From Candidatus Rariloculaceae bacterium (GTDB lineage Bacteria > Pseudomonadota > Gammaproteobacteria > Steroidobacterales > Rariloculaceae): a stretch of 64,000 nucleotides of DNA. The first letter of the stretch is position 1. Each line of letters starts with the position of its first letter. The position numbers were made by a program, and so were the translations under genes. Where the stretch lies: NCBI GenBank assembly GCA_045561055.1, contig JBJKYL010000017.1, positions 246,518 through 310,517 of the forward strand. The letters run 5' to 3'. Below are positions 1-10,032 of this stretch, one piece after another. The notes under the pieces are model-generated. The model did not search any database. It was given only the letters and a program-made list of their open reading frames with translations, and had not been told where the DNA came from.

Positions 1-42
1 TTGCCGCGATAATGGATTCTGGAGTAGCATTTCTCGATCGAG

Positions 43-720
43 ATGGGGATAAAAAAAATGAAACTCATTAAAAAAATCGCTGTGTTAAGCATCACAAGCG
101 CGTTGACTTGGTTGATGCCGGTTTCTAGTTACGCTCAAGCGGATTTTGAGGGCATATGGAATCCGTCTCATCCTCCTCGTATGGGGCAGCCCGTGCCATC
201 TGATGTTAGGTTGACCGTCGAAGGGCAGGCAGAATTCGATGCGTTTAGCCCAGATAAGGATCCTACGTTACGGTGCGTGATGCCGGGTATCCCTTTGGGT
301 CTTGTCGATCCGTACCCAATCGAAATCGTTCATCAAGACCATCAGGTTTTATTTCTTTATGAGCATTTTCATATGGTCCGGCGTATTTTTACGGATGGGC
401 GGGAAGTGCCCGATCATTGGTTGCCCTCGTTTATGGGTTACTCGACAGGTCAGTGGGATGGCGACACGCTTGTTATCCGGACAACGCACATGTCACCCGA
501 TAATTATACCTGGACCGCTGGGTTTCCATTTTCCGGTGATCCGGAAGCTTACGTTATTGAGCGTTACAGGCGTGATGGTGAAGAATTGAGTTTTAGGGGC
601 GAGGTGCATGATCCACGTTATTACGAGGAACCGTATGTGGTAAATGGCCATTGGGACTTTGCGCCAGAAGGGGAGATTTGGGAGTATGAATGCATTCCTG
701 AATTTGGTGGCATACAGTAA
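43..720 (+). CDS. Secreted hypothetical protein, stand-alone Cys-pair partner domain of DUF6152-like proteins (start may be ATG 58)
   Basis: Signal peptide (..SSYA|QADFEGIW); motifs DPTLRCVMPG, RRIFTDGR, GYSTGQWDGDTLVIRT, EYEC shared with the C-terminal halves of 3806 and 4855. Confidence 0.8.
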   Translation: MGIKKMKLIKKIAVLSITSALTWLMPVSSYAQADFEGIWNPSHPPRMGQPVPSDVRLTVEGQAEFDAFSPDKDPTLRCVMPGIPLGLVDPYPIEIVHQDHQVLFLYEHFHMVRRIFTDGREVPDHWLPSFMGYSTGQWDGDTLVIRTTHMSPDNYTWTAGFPFSGDPEAYVIERYRRDGEELSFRGEVHDPRYYEEPYVVNGHWDFAPEGEIWEYECIPEFGGIQ

Positions 721-734
721 CGTTGGGTAGAAAA

Positions 735-1157
735 ATGAAAAGAACACCTAGATTGGTATTTGTATCGATTGGCCTGACACTATTCATTGGTTTTCCCGTC
801 ACGGCTCATCACAACGGGGGAACGTATTTCGACATGGGTGTAGATATTGAACATAAAGTAGCAACGGTTGTTGGCTATGATCTTGTAAACCCTCATGGTC
901 GTCTCGTTTATGTGTTCGCTGACGGAAATGGCAACGAAGTAGAGTGGATTGGAGAGCTTCCAAGTGCTAACAACGCCCGTCGTCGTGGTTTGAACGCGGA
1001 TTTGTTTAAGCCGGGCGATCAACTATCGTCGGTTACGGGAAACCCGAGCCGGAGTGGGGCAAATTTCATGCGGTTATCCCGCGTAGTGTTTGCTAATGGC
1101 GATATTGCTCAAATAAGCGGGCGCAATGCGGGAGTCCATAGAGCTGAATCGCAGTAA
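735..1157 (+). CDS. DUF6152-like secreted protein
   Basis: ATG 735 within ORF 723-1157; signal peptide ending VTA|HH, NPH motif, WxxE and RRG motifs. Confidence 0.75.
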   Translation: MKRTPRLVFVSIGLTLFIGFPVTAHHNGGTYFDMGVDIEHKVATVVGYDLVNPHGRLVYVFADGNGNEVEWIGELPSANNARRRGLNADLFKPGDQLSSVTGNPSRSGANFMRLSRVVFANGDIAQISGRNAGVHRAESQ

Positions 1158-1559
1158 CAAAAAACAATTAACTACCCCCGAACTCATTGCTCAATGTATA
1201 ACTTTATGTATATATAATAAGATTTTGTTATTAAAAGAAAAAATATTTGTTTATCAGCGCACCGTTTGATAATAATGATTGAGTGTTGAGAAAATTGTGC
1301 TGCGCACTATATCAATTGATTTCAAAAAAACCGGAACCTTACACAAAACGGTTTTTATCATACTTAGTAACTATTGCGTTCCGCATTCAACCCTCGCTCT
1401 CTGAAACAGCCACTAAAAAGCCCCTGAGTCCTTAATCGGCTCGTGGAGTAGACGGTTAGTTTTTTACGGCGTAATCTCATAGCTAGTGGGGGTTCGCTGG
1501 CGTGTTTGATTTGTCCAGCGATTGTCTCGCGCCGCATTAGTCAATAAAGGGGTATCGCT

Positions 1560-2726
1560 ATGCTTCCGGATCTAGAAACTCAAAGGCGCAAGATCCTAAA
1601 GGGCGGGATTGCTGTTAGTGCAGCTGCTACGGTAACTGGCTTACCTTTTTGGTCGAAGTTGGCCTTAGCCCAAAGCGAAGAACTCGTCCCGTTTACAGAT
1701 ATGCCTGAAGGCTTTGTTGCTCCTCCGGTTTCACCGGGCGCGATTCATTTTCTCGACACGCGTTATATCGACTCGTTTTATACGCCGACAGATGATTTTT
1801 ACATCATTCAGCATTACAACCAACCAGTTATCTCCGAACAAGACTTCTCACTTCGAGTGACAGGAATGGTTGATAATCCAATGAATATCAGTTTTGCTGA
1901 TATTCAAAATCGTCCGAAAATGGAAATTGATGCCGGTTTTGAGTGTGGGGGTAACCGTGCCGCTTTGTTTCATGGCCTAATCGGCAATGCTAGCTGGGGT
2001 GGTACAAGTCTGCGTGACTTATTGCTTGAGGCTGGGATACAAAATAACGGTAAAGAAGTCGTTTTCTACGGCGCCGATAAAAATAGTGAGAGTGTTCGTG
2101 GTGTTGAGATCGAACAGAATTTTGCACGGAGCATGTATTTCTCAGATGCGCTCCGCCCAGAAGTAATGTTAGCTTATGAGATGAACGGTGAGCCTTTGAA
2201 TCTTTATCATGGAGCTCCGGTACGGCTAATTGTTCCTGGTAGATATGGTGTGTCTAACGTGAAATGGCTGAATCAGATACATATTCAAGATCGACGTTTT
2301 ATGGGACGATTTATGGCGCGTGACTATGTCACCCTGAGTCGTCGCGATATCGGTGGAGTTGAACGCTGGGAGGAACGATCTGTTACCAAAATGCAGCTAA
2401 AATCGGTGATAGTTCGAGTGACGCGTCTCGACAACCTACACAAGATAACCGGTTTCGTTCTCAATGATGGGACCCCGCTTAGATCTGTCGAAGTAAAAAT
2501 TGATGAGGGTCCTTGGCAGGCTGCCGAGGTTAATTCTCAGTCGACCCAATATTCCTGGAAACTTTTTAGTTACTCGTGGAACAATGCCGTCCCTGGAGAA
2601 CACACGATTGTATCTAGAGTGACCGATATCAATGGGCAGATTCAAGCAACTGCAGACCAGATGCCTGAGAAGCCGACGCACTGGGAGAATCACGCGCAAT
2701 TTCCAAGAACCGTGCTGATTTCCTGA
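1560..2726 (+). CDS. Tat-exported sulfite oxidase family molybdopterin oxidoreductase
   Basis: QRRKILK twin-Arg signal; FECGGN Mo-ligand Cys; AYEMNGEPL..HGAPVRLIVPG..G..NVKWL; C-terminal dimerisation domain. Confidence 0.9.
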   Translation: MLPDLETQRRKILKGGIAVSAAATVTGLPFWSKLALAQSEELVPFTDMPEGFVAPPVSPGAIHFLDTRYIDSFYTPTDDFYIIQHYNQPVISEQDFSLRVTGMVDNPMNISFADIQNRPKMEIDAGFECGGNRAALFHGLIGNASWGGTSLRDLLLEAGIQNNGKEVVFYGADKNSESVRGVEIEQNFARSMYFSDALRPEVMLAYEMNGEPLNLYHGAPVRLIVPGRYGVSNVKWLNQIHIQDRRFMGRFMARDYVTLSRRDIGGVERWEERSVTKMQLKSVIVRVTRLDNLHKITGFVLNDGTPLRSVEVKIDEGPWQAAEVNSQSTQYSWKLFSYSWNNAVPGEHTIVSRVTDINGQIQATADQMPEKPTHWENHAQFPRTVLIS

Positions 2727-2826
2727 TCTACTTAGATTTATGGAGATTTGTTTTGGAGGTGATACTGATATTGGTTTCGGATAGGGAGTTGAGTAACATT
2801 TTTACTAGAGACCCGCTAGGTAAATC

Positions 2827-3666
2827 ATGCTAGCTAAGCTTATCGCTACCCCTCAAATTATCACGAGAGATATATCTTTAATAGGGGTTATTGTCTCGAG
2901 CATAGCCTTTTTAGTGGCTCCTAATTTTGCCGTTTCGCAGTCATCCGATAGGATCTCGGCTGAAGGTGGCGACATTGTTATAACGCCTATTATTCATTCC
3001 AGTGCGCAAGTGGAATATGCGGGTCTAGTGATTCATGTCGATCCTTGGAGTGTCGGTGATCTTTCAGAGGCGAAACCAGCGGATCTGATCTTGGTGACCG
3101 ATGACCCTTCGCATCACCTTGATCCCGAAGCAATTGTTCAGCTCCGTAAAACTAATGCGCCGGTTGTGTTGACCGAAACCGCGCATGTTAGGTTTCCATA
3201 TGGCGTTGTTCTCGCGAATGGCGAGACCGGCCTCTTCGCTGGTATTCAAGTTGAGGCGGTAGGTGCATACGATCTGACTCCTGGAGAACCTTACCATCCA
3301 AAAGGGGAGGCAAATGGGTATGTAATCACTTTAGGCGGGGTACGTTTGTTCTTTTCTGGGGTAGGGGAGTGTGTACCGGAGATTCGCGCTTTGCAGAATA
3401 TTCACGTTGCAGTAATGCCAATGAATCTCCCTGTAGATCGGATGCGGCCAATTCCAGTGGCTGAATGTGTGAAGACCTTCAGGCCGAAGATAGTCTATCT
3501 AAACCACTATGATCGGCTTTATTCGAACTGGCTCAGTAACCCCCAAGGCTCCCCCCCGCTTGACGTGCAAAATACGCCTGCTACGATTAATGCGTTTCGA
3601 CAAGCAATTCAAGGTGAAGGCATTGAATTTCGGGACGCTAGTTGGTATCCGCCAAGGCCCGAATAG
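2827..3666 (+). CDS. MBL-fold metallo-hydrolase, secreted
   Basis: HSS..IHVDPW, ADLILVTDDPSHHLD (degenerate THxHxDH), HPKGEANGYVI. Confidence 0.75.
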   Translation: MLAKLIATPQIITRDISLIGVIVSSIAFLVAPNFAVSQSSDRISAEGGDIVITPIIHSSAQVEYAGLVIHVDPWSVGDLSEAKPADLILVTDDPSHHLDPEAIVQLRKTNAPVVLTETAHVRFPYGVVLANGETGLFAGIQVEAVGAYDLTPGEPYHPKGEANGYVITLGGVRLFFSGVGECVPEIRALQNIHVAVMPMNLPVDRMRPIPVAECVKTFRPKIVYLNHYDRLYSNWLSNPQGSPPLDVQNTPATINAFRQAIQGEGIEFRDASWYPPRPE

Positions 3667-3805
3667 AAATAGGTAAAGTTGATTTATATTTGATGATCTT
3701 GGAATCGTAACTCGAGAAGGGTACATACGCGGCTATCAGACGTGCCGCTCTCCTTACGAAAGAAGCCCAAAAAAATTAACAAAACGTTGCAAAAAGGATA
3801 ATGAA

Positions 3806-4855
3806 ATGAATCATCGCGTATCGCTCGCAGTCCTGTCGCTCTTCGCATTAGCGACTCATCCTGTTCACGCGCATCACGCGGCTGCAGCCACTTTTGATAC
3901 ATCGGAAGACGTTGAAATTGAAGGCTTCGTGACGGATTTTAGTTTCGCTAATCCTCATATCAATATTTATGTCATGGTGACTGACGATAATGGAGCTGAG
4001 ACTGAATGGGTAGCGACTGGACCAGCGGTAGCAGGGTTTCGTCGCTGGGGGTGGACTGAAGATATGCTTGAAGGGGGCGAGTATGTCAGGCTCGTCGGAA
4101 GGGCAGCCCGCCATGGTGGTCCCATGATTCTAATGGAGAGAGCTGATATCGAAGGCGGTAGCCTTCTCGAGCTCGATCCTGCTGATGGATCCCTCATTCG
4201 CGTTTTAACCGGACCTAGCCCAGATCAGACACCCGATGATTTGATAAGACCTGGTCTCACTCTCGCTGATGGTCGGCCAAATCTTAGTGGTACCTGGCTG
4301 GCGGGAGAGCCCGGTAGCGGATCACCTCAGGCTGCTCCCCAATACAATGAGATTGGCCAGGGATTGCAAGATGCCTTTGATCCAACGCAAGACCCTGCCT
4401 ATACGCAATGCGAACCTCGGGGGCTGGTAGGAATTATTACCCAAATTCAGTCGGTAAGAGTGATGCAACACGACGATTACGTGGTAATAGAGAATGAAGG
4501 AACTGGGACGCGCCGATTGATTTACCTCGATGGACGGTCCGCTAACTTCAATGATCATACGCGGCTTGGTCACTCGAGAGCTCGCTACGAAGGTGATGCA
4601 CTGGTTATAGAAACAAATCAACTACTCGGTGGTTTTACGACCGGTCGCGGTAACCCACTCAGTGATATGCTGACAATTGTGGAAACTTACCGCCGGGCGG
4701 ACGATGCGGAGAACGCTGCTCTTGCGATGAGTTTGGTGATTAATGACCCTGGTTATTTGTCCGCACCTTGGGAACGAAGCTGGAGGAAGTTTCAGACTCT
4801 AAACTATGAGTTTGCAAGGACCGATTGTCGGCTCCCGGTGCGTGGGGATATTTAA
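3806..4855 (+). CDS. DUF6152-like domain fused to Cys-pair partner domain
   Basis: VHA|HHAAAATFD, FANPH; then PNLSGTW, DPAYTQCEPRG, GHSRARYEGDALVIET, RTDC. Confidence 0.8.
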   Translation: MNHRVSLAVLSLFALATHPVHAHHAAAATFDTSEDVEIEGFVTDFSFANPHINIYVMVTDDNGAETEWVATGPAVAGFRRWGWTEDMLEGGEYVRLVGRAARHGGPMILMERADIEGGSLLELDPADGSLIRVLTGPSPDQTPDDLIRPGLTLADGRPNLSGTWLAGEPGSGSPQAAPQYNEIGQGLQDAFDPTQDPAYTQCEPRGLVGIITQIQSVRVMQHDDYVVIENEGTGTRRLIYLDGRSANFNDHTRLGHSRARYEGDALVIETNQLLGGFTTGRGNPLSDMLTIVETYRRADDAENAALAMSLVINDPGYLSAPWERSWRKFQTLNYEFARTDCRLPVRGDI

Positions 4856-5889
4856 TGAGATTTACAAGGCTATTTGTACTTGGGCTGACTTTTAGTATTA
4901 CGCCTGCACATGCACACCATTCGTTTGCGGCAACTTTTACTGAGAATATTATCGTCGTTGAAGGAGTCGTTGAAACGCTAAAATTCAGTAACCCGCATGT
5001 GATCGTCTATTTTAACGTTACTGGCGAAGATGGTGAGGTTACCCAGTGGTTGGGTGAAGGTGCGGCGGCTACAAATTATCGCGGAAGAGGATGGAACCAA
5101 GACACGCTTGTGGCGGGCGACTATATTCGAATAACCGGTGCATCGAGTCGTAATGGCTCGCCTATGGTTTCAGCGGTTGAGGAGGGGAGCATCCAGTTTG
5201 TTGATCCTGATTCGGGCCTTGTTGTCGGAACGCCCGGGGGGCAACGCATAGAAAGATTGGGGGTTTTTGATAAGCCACTCCAGTTAGCAAATGGTTTGCC
5301 TAACATCTCAGGAGCCTGGACCGGAGAGGCAACGGGGCGCGTCGGACGGCCTATTTTACATGTACCGCCCCTTCCTTTTAATGAAGTCGGTAAAGCTTTA
5401 CAGGCTAAATTTGATCCCGTTAACGATCCGCAAGTTCGTTGTGAGCCGCCGGGATTAGTTCGCCAGGCAGGTTTTACACCCCATCCCGTACGAATAGAGC
5501 AAAACAGCGATCATGTAGTTATTTACTACGAAGAATATGCGGGGCTTCGCACAATTTATTTCGATGATCGTGATTTGGTCGGTGGCGCTGAGAAAACACA
5601 CCTCGGACAGTCAATTGCGCGGTACGAGGATCAGAAGCTAATTATAGAATCCACTCATTTGTTGCCGAATCTCGTGGCGACGAACGGTAATGAGCTTACT
5701 GATCAAACAACGACCGTTGAGACGTATTACCGTAAAGACAAGCTAGATGGACGGGCGGTACTCGCGTTAGATCTGGTGGCTACCGATCCTGGGCATTTGA
5801 CTGAGCCCTGGACTATAAGCTGGGAAAAATATGCCGAGAGAAATTACGAATTCATCGAGGTTGAGTGTGAGATCCCATTGGGTCAATAG
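4855..5889 (+). CDS. Second DUF6152-like/partner fusion protein
   Basis: ATG overlaps upstream stop (TAATG); AHA|HHSFAATF, FSNPH, PNISGAW, DPQVRCEPPG, EVEC. Confidence 0.8.
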   Translation: MRFTRLFVLGLTFSITPAHAHHSFAATFTENIIVVEGVVETLKFSNPHVIVYFNVTGEDGEVTQWLGEGAAATNYRGRGWNQDTLVAGDYIRITGASSRNGSPMVSAVEEGSIQFVDPDSGLVVGTPGGQRIERLGVFDKPLQLANGLPNISGAWTGEATGRVGRPILHVPPLPFNEVGKALQAKFDPVNDPQVRCEPPGLVRQAGFTPHPVRIEQNSDHVVIYYEEYAGLRTIYFDDRDLVGGAEKTHLGQSIARYEDQKLIIESTHLLPNLVATNGNELTDQTTTVETYYRKDKLDGRAVLALDLVATDPGHLTEPWTISWEKYAERNYEFIEVECEIPLGQ

Positions 5890-6349
5890 GAATTTCTCAG
5901 TGCTTAAATAGGCTGTGATCAGGGCCCCACGCGATCAATCCGCTCGGCACCAAATAGCGTCCATCCAATGTCATCTCGTCCGCTGTCGAGAACTACCTCA
6001 TACACGATCTCCGGTGGGTTGCTGCGGACGTATTCACGCAAACGTGTCCACTGATTGAATTGCAGACGTGTCTCTGGTCTCCAGCTAACCTGACCGAGAG
6101 ACTCTCCGTCAAGAATGGCTCCGTAGGCGACGAGGATGTTCTGTGTCTCTGGTAGCCAGTCGACATCGCCCATCGCAATACTAACAACGCTGTTCGGTCC
6201 CTGTTGTTCGGACTGCCAAAGCATTAGCGGAGAGTTAAACGCAGAGTAAATCTTAGTCAAGACTTCATAAAATCACACTAATTTAGGTAAGTATTCCAGC
6301 TAAGATGGCGCAGAATATGCCGAGAGAGATTACAAATACACCAAGGTTG
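5828..6349 (+). repeat. Degenerate 36-bp direct repeat (5828-5863 and 6314-6349)
   Basis: aatatgccgagagaaattacgaattcatcgaggttg vs aatatgccgagagagattacaaatacaccaaggttg, 31/36 identical. Confidence 0.8.
5919..6260 (-). pseudogene. C-terminal remnant of an aryl-sulfate sulfotransferase-like protein
   Basis: SIAMGDVDWLPETQNILVAYG and terminal W..F.AERI resemble the last beta-propeller blade of ASST proteins; only ~100 aa, no N-terminus. Confidence 0.55.
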
Positions 6350-6363
6350 CCTGAGCAGTAATT

Positions 6364-6439
6364 TGGCTCCCCGGGCCGGACTCGAACCAGCGACAAGTTG
6401 ATTAACAGTCAACCGCTCTACCAACTGAGCTACCGGGGA
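6364..6439 (-). tRNA. tRNA-Asn(GTT)
   Basis: TCCCCGG..CCGGGGAGCCA acceptor, anticodon arm GTTGA-CTGTTAA-TCAAC, GGTTCGAGTCC T-loop. Confidence 0.97.
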
Positions 6440-6614
6440 ACTGTACTAAGAAATGGCTAACGAATTCTGCGAGAACGTTCTCTCTAAGTCAATCTCTATA
6501 AAGTTTTATTATATAAATCAAATGATTATTTTTATTTTATGAAGTTTGTAGTTAATGAGCAGCCTGACAGAGGTTCATGATCGAAAAGGTATTGATTCTC
6601 CACTTTACACGTTA

Positions 6615-7799
6615 TCAAGCCGCCAAAAATGTTTTCATCCGGTCAAGCGCTTTTTCTAGGGTGTCTAAATCAGCAGCAAAGGAAAAACGCAGATGATTGG
6701 CTGCACCGAAAGCTGAGCCCGGAACAAGTGCTACACCGGTTTCGGTTAGTAATCGTTCGCAGAATTGGACGTCATCAGCAACCCCTATAACTTCTATAGC
6801 TTCCTGAATATTTGGGAACACATAAAAAGCACCGTCTGCAGGTTGGCACTCGAACCCCTTTAATTCATTGAGTTGCTCAACAACCATTGAATGTCGTTTT
6901 CTGAAAATTTCACATTTTTCTTTTACAAAAGATTGATCCCCTGTAAGTGCTGCGCAGGCGGCGGCCTGGGATATAGTGGAAGGACTCGTGGTGCTTTGAC
7001 TCTGAATAGTTGTCATCGCTGTGATGAGGTCGATTGGGCCAGCAGCATAGCCTATCCGCCAGCCGGTCATGGAATAGCATTTTGAGACTCCATTTACCGT
7101 TAATACACGGCCGCTCAATTCTGGACAGGCGGTCAGTAGGCTACAAAAAGGCTTTTCACCCCAGTAGATATGTTCGTAGATGTCGTCCGTGATAACGAAT
7201 ATGCGCGGATTCTCCTCTAATACTGCGGCTAGCGCATGCCAGTCCGATCGGGTATAAACTGATCCCGTTGGATTAGACGGGCTATTGATGATTAATGCGC
7301 GAGTTCGTTCAGTTATAGCCGTCTTAAATTGGTTCGCAGACATTCGAAAACCCTGATCTTGGCGCGTGCGCACTATTGTTGGTTCGGCGTTAGTCAGGCG
7401 CACCATTTCCGGAAAAGAAACCCAGTAAGGTGACGGGATGATGACTTCGTCTCCGGCCTCTAGTAAGGCCTGGCAGGCGTTGTAGCACGACTGCTTACCG
7501 CCGTTCGAGACGATAATCTGGTCTATATCGAAATCGAGATCATTGTCTCGGCGAAATTTGTCCCGGATAGCGGCCTTTAGAGAACGTGCCCCGTCTATTG
7601 CGGTGTATTTTGTATTGCCATCCTGAATAGCCTTGCAAGCTGCCTCGCTTACATGCGAAGGAGAGGAAAAATCCGGTTCACCGACGCTGAGGGCAATGAT
7701 ATCCTTACCTTCTTCGCGAAGCTTAACGGCTAGCCCCGTGATCGATACGGTTGTTGAGGGACGGATTCTCTGGACACGTTGGGCCAGCCGGAGATTCAT
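6615..7799 (-). CDS. PLP-dependent class I aminotransferase (aspartate aminotransferase-like)
   Basis: GEPDF, NSPSNPTG, DDIY, SKCYSMTGWRIGY. Confidence 0.92.
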   Translation of the reverse strand: MNLRLAQRVQRIRPSTTVSITGLAVKLREEGKDIIALSVGEPDFSSPSHVSEAACKAIQDGNTKYTAIDGARSLKAAIRDKFRRDNDLDFDIDQIIVSNGGKQSCYNACQALLEAGDEVIIPSPYWVSFPEMVRLTNAEPTIVRTRQDQGFRMSANQFKTAITERTRALIINSPSNPTGSVYTRSDWHALAAVLEENPRIFVITDDIYEHIYWGEKPFCSLLTACPELSGRVLTVNGVSKCYSMTGWRIGYAAGPIDLITAMTTIQSQSTTSPSTISQAAACAALTGDQSFVKEKCEIFRKRHSMVVEQLNELKGFECQPADGAFYVFPNIQEAIEVIGVADDVQFCERLLTETGVALVPGSAFGAANHLRFSFAADLDTLEKALDRMKTFLAA

Positions 7800-7881
7800 T
7801 ACTGGTACCTTCAGAGGCGGTAATTAAGTGGCTATTTTAATGGGTTGCTAGAGTATCACCAAGTATTTACCTTACATATAG

Positions 7882-9885
7882 ATGTCCGATCAGCGCTTTT
7901 TTCTTCAATCAGACTTTCAACCTTCTGGTGACCAACCGGAAGCGATTGGGAAGCTCGTTGAAGGTATCGAGGACGGTTTGGCTAAACAGACGCTACTTGG
8001 CGTCACGGGTTCAGGTAAAACATATACGATGGCGAATGTCATTGGGGAGTTACGTCGGCCTACATTAATTCTCGCTCACAACAAAACTCTTGCGGCGCAA
8101 CTTTATGGAGAAATGCGAGAATTCTTTCCGAAAAACTCGGTAGAGTATTTCGTTTCATACTATGATTATTATCAGCCAGAAGCTTATGTGCCAGCATCGG
8201 ATACTTATATAGCAAAAGACGCATCTATAAACAGTTATATCGAGCAGATGCGACTATCGGCAACAAAAGCGTTGCTAGAGAGATCAGATACCATCATTGT
8301 TGCAACGGTATCGGCTATCTACGGATTAGGAGACCCAAAAGCCTACCACGGTATGGTGCTGCATCTTGTGCGTGGTGAGGTAATCGACCAACGAGAATTT
8401 CTAAGGCGTCTAGCTGAGCTTCAGTATACGCGAAATCCAATAGAGCTCTCCCAGGGAACTTATCGTGTTCGGGGCGATGTCATAGAGATATTTCCGGCTG
8501 AATCTGAACGAGAGGCTATCCGGATTGAGTTGTTTGATAAGGAAATAGAGGGAATAAGTTTTTTCGACCCATTGACTGGCGAGATGGTCCGCAAGGTTCC
8601 GCGGGCAACGATTTATCCAAAAACGCACTATGTTACTCCACGGAAAATTTTAGTTGCCGCTGTCGATCAGATACGCGGAGACCTCGCTATTCGGCTAGAA
8701 GAGTTACGCTCAAAGAACAAACTTGTTGAAGCACAACGTTTGGAGCAGCGTACGCGGCTTGATATCGAAATGATAATGGAAATTGGGTACTGTGCGGGCA
8801 TAGAAAATTACTCTCGCTATCTGTCGGGCCGTCAACCGGGCGAACCACCACCGACTCTGTTCGATTATCTTCCTTCTGATGCGTTGCTGTTCGTGGACGA
8901 AAGTCACGCAACGATCCCCCAGCTAGGAGGCATGTATCGAGGTGATCGATCAAGAAAAGAGACCCTTGTTGAATATGGTTTTCGCCTCCCATCTGCACTT
9001 GACAATAGGCCATTACGTTTCGATGAGTATGAACGTTTAGCACCACAAACAATATTTGTCTCAGCAACGCCGCGATCATATGAATATGATTGTTCCAATC
9101 AGGTTGTTGAGCAAGTAGTGCGGCCGACAGGTCTAGTGGATCCGAAAGTTGAAGTTCGATCGGCCGGTATACAAGTTGACGATGTCCTATCAGAGATTAC
9201 TAAGCGCGCATCACTCGATGAGCGGGTGCTGATCACAACTCTTACAAAACGTATGGCCGAAGATCTCACCGAATATCTACAGGAACATGGTGTCCGTGTC
9301 AGATACCTTCATTCGGATATCGATACTGTAGAACGAACTGAAATTATTCGCGATCTTCGCCTCGGCGAGTTCGACGTGCTTGTCGGGATTAATCTACTAC
9401 GTGAAGGGCTTGATATGCCGGAGGTTTCTCTTGTTGCTATATTTGACGCGGATAAAGAAGGGTTTTTACGCTCCGATAGCGCACTGATTCAGACTATAGG
9501 TCGAGCAGCAAGGAACCAGCGTGGTAAAGCGATTCTCTATGCTGATCGATTGACGGGCTCGATGGAGCGGGCTATCGACGAGACTAATCGCCGGCGTAAG
9601 CGTCAGATTAGTTACAATGAAGAGCACAAAATAAAACCAAAGACCATTCGCAAAAATGTGCGAGATATTATGGAGGGTGCACGATCAACGTCGAGAGGTA
9701 GGCTGAAATACAGGGTTCGTAATGTGGATAAGTATCGGGATCTTACTCCGGAACAGATCGAGAGTCAGCTTGATTCGTTAGAGAAAACGATGTTCAGTCA
9801 CGCTCGCGACTTAGAATTCGAGAAAGCTGCTCAGTTACGTGATGAAATTGCCTTGGTTCGTCAGGAACGGCTCAGGCTACCTTAG
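7882..9885 (+). CDS. uvrB: Excinuclease ABC subunit B
   Basis: [33 protein letters not shown]-terminal UVR domain. Confidence 0.98.
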   Translation: MSDQRFFLQSDFQPSGDQPEAIGKLVEGIEDGLAKQTLLGVTGSGKTYTMANVIGELRRPTLILAHNKTLAAQLYGEMREFFPKNSVEYFVSYYDYYQPEAYVPASDTYIAKDASINSYIEQMRLSATKALLERSDTIIVATVSAIYGLGDPKAYHGMVLHLVRGEVIDQREFLRRLAELQYTRNPIELSQGTYRVRGDVIEIFPAESEREAIRIELFDKEIEGISFFDPLTGEMVRKVPRATIYPKTHYVTPRKILVAAVDQIRGDLAIRLEELRSKNKLVEAQRLEQRTRLDIEMIMEIGYCAGIENYSRYLSGRQPGEPPPTLFDYLPSDALLFVDESHATIPQLGGMYRGDRSRKETLVEYGFRLPSALDNRPLRFDEYERLAPQTIFVSATPRSYEYDCSNQVVEQVVRPTGLVDPKVEVRSAGIQVDDVLSEITKRASLDERVLITTLTKRMAEDLTEYLQEHGVRVRYLHSDIDTVERTEIIRDLRLGEFDVLVGINLLREGLDMPEVSLVAIFDADKEGFLRSDSALIQTIGRAARNQRGKAILYADRLTGSMERAIDETNRRRKRQISYNEEHKIKPKTIRKNVRDIMEGARSTSRGRLKYRVRNVDKYRDLTPEQIESQLDSLEKTMFSHARDLEFEKAAQLRDEIALVRQERLRLP

Positions 9886-9957
9886 CTTCCTGGTATCAGA
9901 AAAAATCCTATAATACTTGAGTTTTGGTATCAGAACTAGTTATCGTTGCTTGGATTC

Positions 9958-10032
9958 AGGCGCGTAGCTCAGTGGTAGAGCACCACCTTGACATGGTGGG
10001 GGTCGGTGGTTCGATCCCACTCGCGCCTACCA
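9958..10032 (+). tRNA. tRNA-Val(GAC)
   Basis: AGGCGCG/CGCGCCT-ACCA, anticodon arm CCACC-TTGACAT-GGTGG. Confidence 0.97.

Noticed and set aside
1380-1559. Moco riboswitch upstream of the molybdoenzyme
   Set aside because: No recognisable conserved Moco RNA motif
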